64,000 nucleotides of DNA from Nannocystis bainbridge (lineage in GTDB: Bacteria; Myxococcota_A; Polyangia; Nannocystales; Nannocystaceae): positions 1,408,001 to 1,472,000 of the forward strand of contig NZ_JAQNDL010000003.1 in assembly GCF_028368995.1 (NCBI RefSeq), in the 5' to 3' direction. Shown in pieces: positions 60,047-64,000 of the stretch (position 1 is the stretch's first letter; each line of letters begins with the position of its first letter). The position numbers and the translations under genes were made by a program. The notes beneath the pieces are model-generated. The model ran no database searches. It saw only the letters and a program-made list of their open reading frames with translations, and had not been told where the DNA came from.

Positions 60047-61633
60047 ATGAGATCGTTCGCCGCGCTCTACGCCGCCCTCGACGAGACCACCCGCACCAGC
60101 GAGAAGGTCGCGGCGATGCGCGCCTACCTGGCCGCCGCGCCGCCCGAGGACGCCGCCTGGGCCGTCTATTTCCTGATCGGTCGCAAGCCGCGGCAGGCCG
60201 TCGGCGCCCGCAAGCTGCGGACGTGGGTCAGCGAGGCCGCCGGCGTGTCCGAGTGGCTGTTCGAGGAGTGTCACGAGGCCGTCGGTGACATCGCCGAGAC
60301 CGCCGCCCTGCTGCTCCCTCCGCCCTCGCGCACCACCGAGCAGCCGCTGCACCGGTGGGTCCACGATCGCCTGCTCCCGCTCGCCGGCAAGGACGAGGCC
60401 GCCCAGCGGGCCGACCTGCGGGCCGCCTGGGACGAGCTCGACCGCAACGAGCGGCTCGTCTTCCACAAGCTGATCACCGGGGCCTTCCGCGTCGGCGTGT
60501 CGCAGCGGCTCGTCATCGCCGCCCTCGCCGAGCTCGGCGAGCTCGCCCCGGCCACCGTCGCCCACCGGCTCATGGGCGACTGGCAGCCCTCCGCCGCCCA
60601 GTTCCGCGGCCTCGTCGCCGCCGAGTCCGACCAGCCGAGCGCCTCGCGGCCCTACCCGTTCCTGCTCGCGCACGCGCTCGAGGGCGAGCCCGCCGAGCTC
60701 GGCCCGCGCGACGCCTGGCAGGCCGAGTGGAAATACGACGGCATCCGGGCCCAGGTCGTCCGCCGCGGCGGCCAGCTGTTCGTGTGGTCGCGCGGCGAGG
60801 AGCTGATCGGCGAGCGCTTCCCCGAGCTCGCCGCCGCCGCCGGTCGCCTGGCCGAAGGGACAGTTTTGGACGGCGAGCTCTTGCCGTGGAAGGACGGCGA
60901 GCTCCTGCCGTTCGCCGAGCTGCAGCGGCGGATCGGCCGCAAGAACCTGTCGCGCACGATCCTCGCCGAGGTCCCCGTCACCTTCCTCGCCTTTGACGCG
61001 CTCGAGGCCGGCGGTCGCGACCTGCGCGAGCGCCCGCTCGCCGAGCGCCGCCCGATCCTCGAGCAATTGCTGGCCCCGCTCGCCGGCGAGGTCCTGCGCG
61101 TGTCGCCGGTCGTCACCGCCGCCACCTGGCAGGAGCTCGCCGCCCTGCGCCAGGACAGCCGCGCCCGCGGCGTCGAGGGCCTGATGCTCAAGCGCCGGGC
61201 CGCGCCCTACGGCGTCGGCCGCGTGCGCGGCGACTGGTGGAAATGGAAGCTCGACCCGCTCGTCGTCGACGCCGTGCTGGTCTACGCCCAGTCGGGCTCC
61301 GGCCGCCGCGCCAGCCTGTTCACCGACTACACCTTCGCCGTGTGGCAGGACGGCGCCCTGGTCCCGTTCTGCAAGGCCTACTCCGGCCTCACCGACGCCG
61401 AGCTGACCGAAGTCGACCGCTTCGTCCGCGCCCACACGCTCGAGCGCTTCGGCCCGGTCCGCAGCGTCACCCCCGAGCTGGTGTTCGAGATCGGCTTCGA
61501 GGGCATCGCCCGCTCGCGCCGCCACAAGTCCGGCGTCGCCGTCCGCTTCCCGCGGATCCTCCGCTGGCGCCGCGACAAGCAGCCCGTCGACGCCGACCAC
61601 ATCGACGCCCTCGAGGCCCTGCTCGGCGCCTGA
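60047..61633 (+). CDS. ATP-dependent DNA ligase
   Basis: EWKYDGIR (KxDG), LDGE, EGLMLK, WWKWK, VRFPRI. Confidence 0.95.
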   Translation: MRSFAALYAALDETTRTSEKVAAMRAYLAAAPPEDAAWAVYFLIGRKPRQAVGARKLRTWVSEAAGVSEWLFEECHEAVGDIAETAALLLPPPSRTTEQPLHRWVHDRLLPLAGKDEAAQRADLRAAWDELDRNERLVFHKLITGAFRVGVSQRLVIAALAELGELAPATVAHRLMGDWQPSAAQFRGLVAAESDQPSASRPYPFLLAHALEGEPAELGPRDAWQAEWKYDGIRAQVVRRGGQLFVWSRGEELIGERFPELAAAAGRLAEGTVLDGELLPWKDGELLPFAELQRRIGRKNLSRTILAEVPVTFLAFDALEAGGRDLRERPLAERRPILEQLLAPLAGEVLRVSPVVTAATWQELAALRQDSRARGVEGLMLKRRAAPYGVGRVRGDWWKWKLDPLVVDAVLVYAQSGSGRRASLFTDYTFAVWQDGALVPFCKAYSGLTDAELTEVDRFVRAHTLERFGPVRSVTPELVFEIGFEGIARSRRHKSGVAVRFPRILRWRRDKQPVDADHIDALEALLGA

Positions 61634-61938
61634 TCCGCCGGTCTCGAATCACAAGAGTGCGTCCAATTGACGCATCCATATGTCGCCGCGGATAGGGTCG
61701 TGAAGATCCGGAATGATCTATCCGCTGCGGAAACCGGATTCCGTCACCGGCATTCTGTCATGATGGACAGAAGGCCGCCCAAACCCGCGCCTTCGCCCGA
61801 TTCACCGCGATCTGGCGCCCCACCGTGCGGCGCTCTGCACATTCCCTGATTGCGGTCCGCGCGGACCCATGCGACGAAGCCCCCCCGCGCTCCGTCGAAT
61901 GGCGTGAGCCGGACTTTTCCGTCAGGAGACATACGAAC

Positions 61939-62448
61939 ATGAAGCCCGGAATCCTCTCGATCCTCTGCCTCGTGAGCGCCGGCCTCGCGTGCAAGCCCGC
62001 GATCCCCGCCGAGCCCCCGCCCGAGCCCGCCACCGTCGCCGAGGACGAGCCCGCGCCCGCGCCGACCGCCGTCGTCGACCCCTCGGACGTGCACATCGAG
62101 GGCGACCACCTCGTCATCGACCGTCACATCAACTTCGCGTTCGACAAGAGCGAGATCCTCGCCGACTCCTTCGATTTGCTCGACCACGTCGCGCAGCTGC
62201 TGAAGAACCACCCGGAGATCGCCAAGCTCCACATCATCGGCCACACCGACAGCGCCGGCGGCGCCGACCACAATCAAAAGCTCTCCGACGCGCGCGCCAA
62301 GGCCGTCCTGGAGGCCCTGCGCAGCCGCGGCGCGACCCAGACGATGGACGCCGTCGGCAAGGGCGAATCGCAGCACCTGTGCAGCGAGGACACCGAGGAT
62401 TGCCATCAAAAGAACCGCCGCGTCGAGTTCTTGATCGAGGCCGGCTGA
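61939..62448 (+). CDS. OmpA-family peptidoglycan-binding lipoprotein
   Basis: AGGAG RBS; lipobox GLAC; INFAFDK, GHTD, NQKLSDARA, NRRVEF. Confidence 0.9.
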   Translation: MKPGILSILCLVSAGLACKPAIPAEPPPEPATVAEDEPAPAPTAVVDPSDVHIEGDHLVIDRHINFAFDKSEILADSFDLLDHVAQLLKNHPEIAKLHIIGHTDSAGGADHNQKLSDARAKAVLEALRSRGATQTMDAVGKGESQHLCSEDTEDCHQKNRRVEFLIEAG

Positions 62449-62458
62449 GCGCGCCCGG

Positions 62459-63343
62459 TTAATCGAGCGCGTCCTCGGCGACCTCGTCGAGCCAGTCGAC
62501 CACCGCGCGGATCTTCGGCACCTCGGCCAGCGCCTCCGGCACCACGCGCCACAGCGCGCGCTCCATCGGCGGCGCGTCGCGGTCGAGGCGGACCAGCTCC
62601 GGGTGACTCTCGGCCGCGGCCATTGTCATCACCCCGAGCCCGACCCCCGCGCGCACCAGCGCGTACGAGGTCGGCACGCTGCCGGTCGCCGCCGCCACCC
62701 GCCCGTGCGGCACCAGGGCCCGCATCCATCGCATCTCCGCCAGCCGGCTGTCGGGCGGCCCGAGGATCACCAGCTCGGCCTCGGCCGCCGGCGGCAGCGG
62801 GTCGAGCCCGTGGCGCTCGACGTAGCTGCGCAGCCCGTACAGCCCGAGCGACACCTGGGCCAGCCGCCGCACCCGCACCCCCGCCTCGGTCGGCCGCACC
62901 ACCCGCACCGCGACGTCGGCCTGCCCCGCCGCCAGGTCGAGCACCTGCTCGGTGCAGCGCAGGTCGAGCACCAGCTCCGGGTGCCGCTCGCGCAGCAGCG
63001 GCAGCTTCGGCGCCAAAAACGACGAGGCGATGTAGTCGAGCGTCGTCAGCCGCACCGTGCCGACGGCCCGCTCGGACGCGGCCTCGAGGTCGCGGGCGAG
63101 CTCGCGCACCTCGGTGGCCATGCGCCCGGCCGCGTCGACGACCCGCCGCCCCGCCTCGGTCAGCCGCCAGCCCTCGGCGTCGCGCACGAACAGGGCGGCC
63201 CCGACAGCGGCCTCGAGCGCGGAGATCCGGCGACTGATGGTCGTGGGATCGAGCCTCAGCGCCCGCCCGGCCTCGCCGAGCGAGACGTGCCGCGCGAGCG
63301 CGAGGGCGATCCGGAGGTCGCGCCAGTCGAGGAGGTGCTGCAT
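62459..63343 (-). CDS. LysR family transcriptional regulator
   Basis: DWRDLR...SLGEAGRAL...TISRRISALE...LFVR HTH followed by a substrate-binding domain. Confidence 0.92.
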   Translation of the reverse strand: MQHLLDWRDLRIALALARHVSLGEAGRALRLDPTTISRRISALEAAVGAALFVRDAEGWRLTEAGRRVVDAAGRMATEVRELARDLEAASERAVGTVRLTTLDYIASSFLAPKLPLLRERHPELVLDLRCTEQVLDLAAGQADVAVRVVRPTEAGVRVRRLAQVSLGLYGLRSYVERHGLDPLPPAAEAELVILGPPDSRLAEMRWMRALVPHGRVAAATGSVPTSYALVRAGVGLGVMTMAAAESHPELVRLDRDAPPMERALWRVVPEALAEVPKIRAVVDWLDEVAEDALD

Positions 63344-63423
63344 GGATGCAGTTCGGGACTGCATGATACTGCGTTGGCGCAGCCGCCGGTAGCCCGTACG
63401 GTTCACGGGCCTCGGAGGTCCCC

Positions 63424-64000
63424 ATGCCGTCGGAAGACATCACCCTCAAAGCGCTCGACGGGCGCCCGCTCGCCGCCACCCTCCACGCCCCGCGCGAGGC
63501 CCCGCAGGCGGTTTTGGTCGTGCTCGGCGCCCTCGGCGTCCCGCGCCGCTACTACGCCGCCCTGGCCGCCTGGCTGGCCGAGCGCGAGGTCGCGGTCCTG
63601 ACCCTCGACTACCGCGGCGTCGGCGGCTCGCGCTCGGTCCCGCTGCGCCAGGACCCGGCGGTGCTGCTCGACTGGGCCCGCCTCGACGCCGCCGCCGCGA
63701 TCGACCTCGCGCGCGAGCGCTTCCCCGGGCTGCCGGTCTGGGGCCTCGGCCACAGCTTCGGCGGCCAGGCGTTCGGCCTCACGGCCCGCGCGCTCGACCT
63801 GGCCGGCATCTTCGTGGTCGCCGCCGGCTCGGGCGACATGTCGCTGTATCCGAGCGGCCAGCGCCAGAGCTTCAAGGTCCGCCTCGGCCTCGCCACCAAC
63901 GTCATCGCCGCCCTGTTCGGCTACGTGCCCGGCCGCCTCGGCCTCGGCGAGGACCTGCCCGCCGGCGTCGTCCGCCAGTGGGCCCGCTGGTGCGAAACCC
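63424..64000 (+). CDS. Alpha/beta hydrolase, truncated by the window end
   Basis: MPSEDITLKALDGRPL, DYRGVGGS, GHSFGG nucleophile elbow; divergent from the LysR gene. Confidence 0.85.
   Translation, partial: MPSEDITLKALDGRPLAATLHAPREAPQAVLVVLGALGVPRRYYAALAAWLAEREVAVLTLDYRGVGGSRSVPLRQDPAVLLDWARLDAAAAIDLARERFPGLPVWGLGHSFGGQAFGLTARALDLAGIFVVAAGSGDMSLYPSGQRQSFKVRLGLATNVIAALFGYVPGRLGLGEDLPAGVVRQWARWCET

Overview
Very GC-rich myxobacterial DNA (Nannocystis/Polyangia-like, inferred from Cys-rich lipoproteins with Thr/Gly/Asp linkers, Agl-Glt genes and sterol enzymes) with about 50 protein-coding genes. I saw no rRNA, tRNA, CRISPR array or transposase. Housekeeping genes include ddpX, mmsA plus a class III aminotransferase, hisD-hisC, metK, hisB, a pccB-like carboxyltransferase and an exonuclease/ATP-dependent DNA ligase pair. 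Four things stand out. (1) A 14-bp palindromic unit, TGTC-N6-GACA, is chained head-to-tail into arrays with exact 14-bp phasing at more than 20 sites, both intergenic and inside coding sequence. (2) An MNIO (DUF692)/DUF2063 RiPP locus has a 24-aa precursor, MQKKKGVKGGVKVKTNVRAGSCKG, that is too short for the ORF track. (3) One locus carries an Agl-Glt core motor set, followed directly by a short OPX plus outer-membrane beta-barrel polysaccharide translocon. (4) A probable sterol-tailoring operon encodes a Rieske-SCP2 fusion, a sterol desaturase and an unknown membrane protein. All product calls come from motif recognition by eye; no database search was run.
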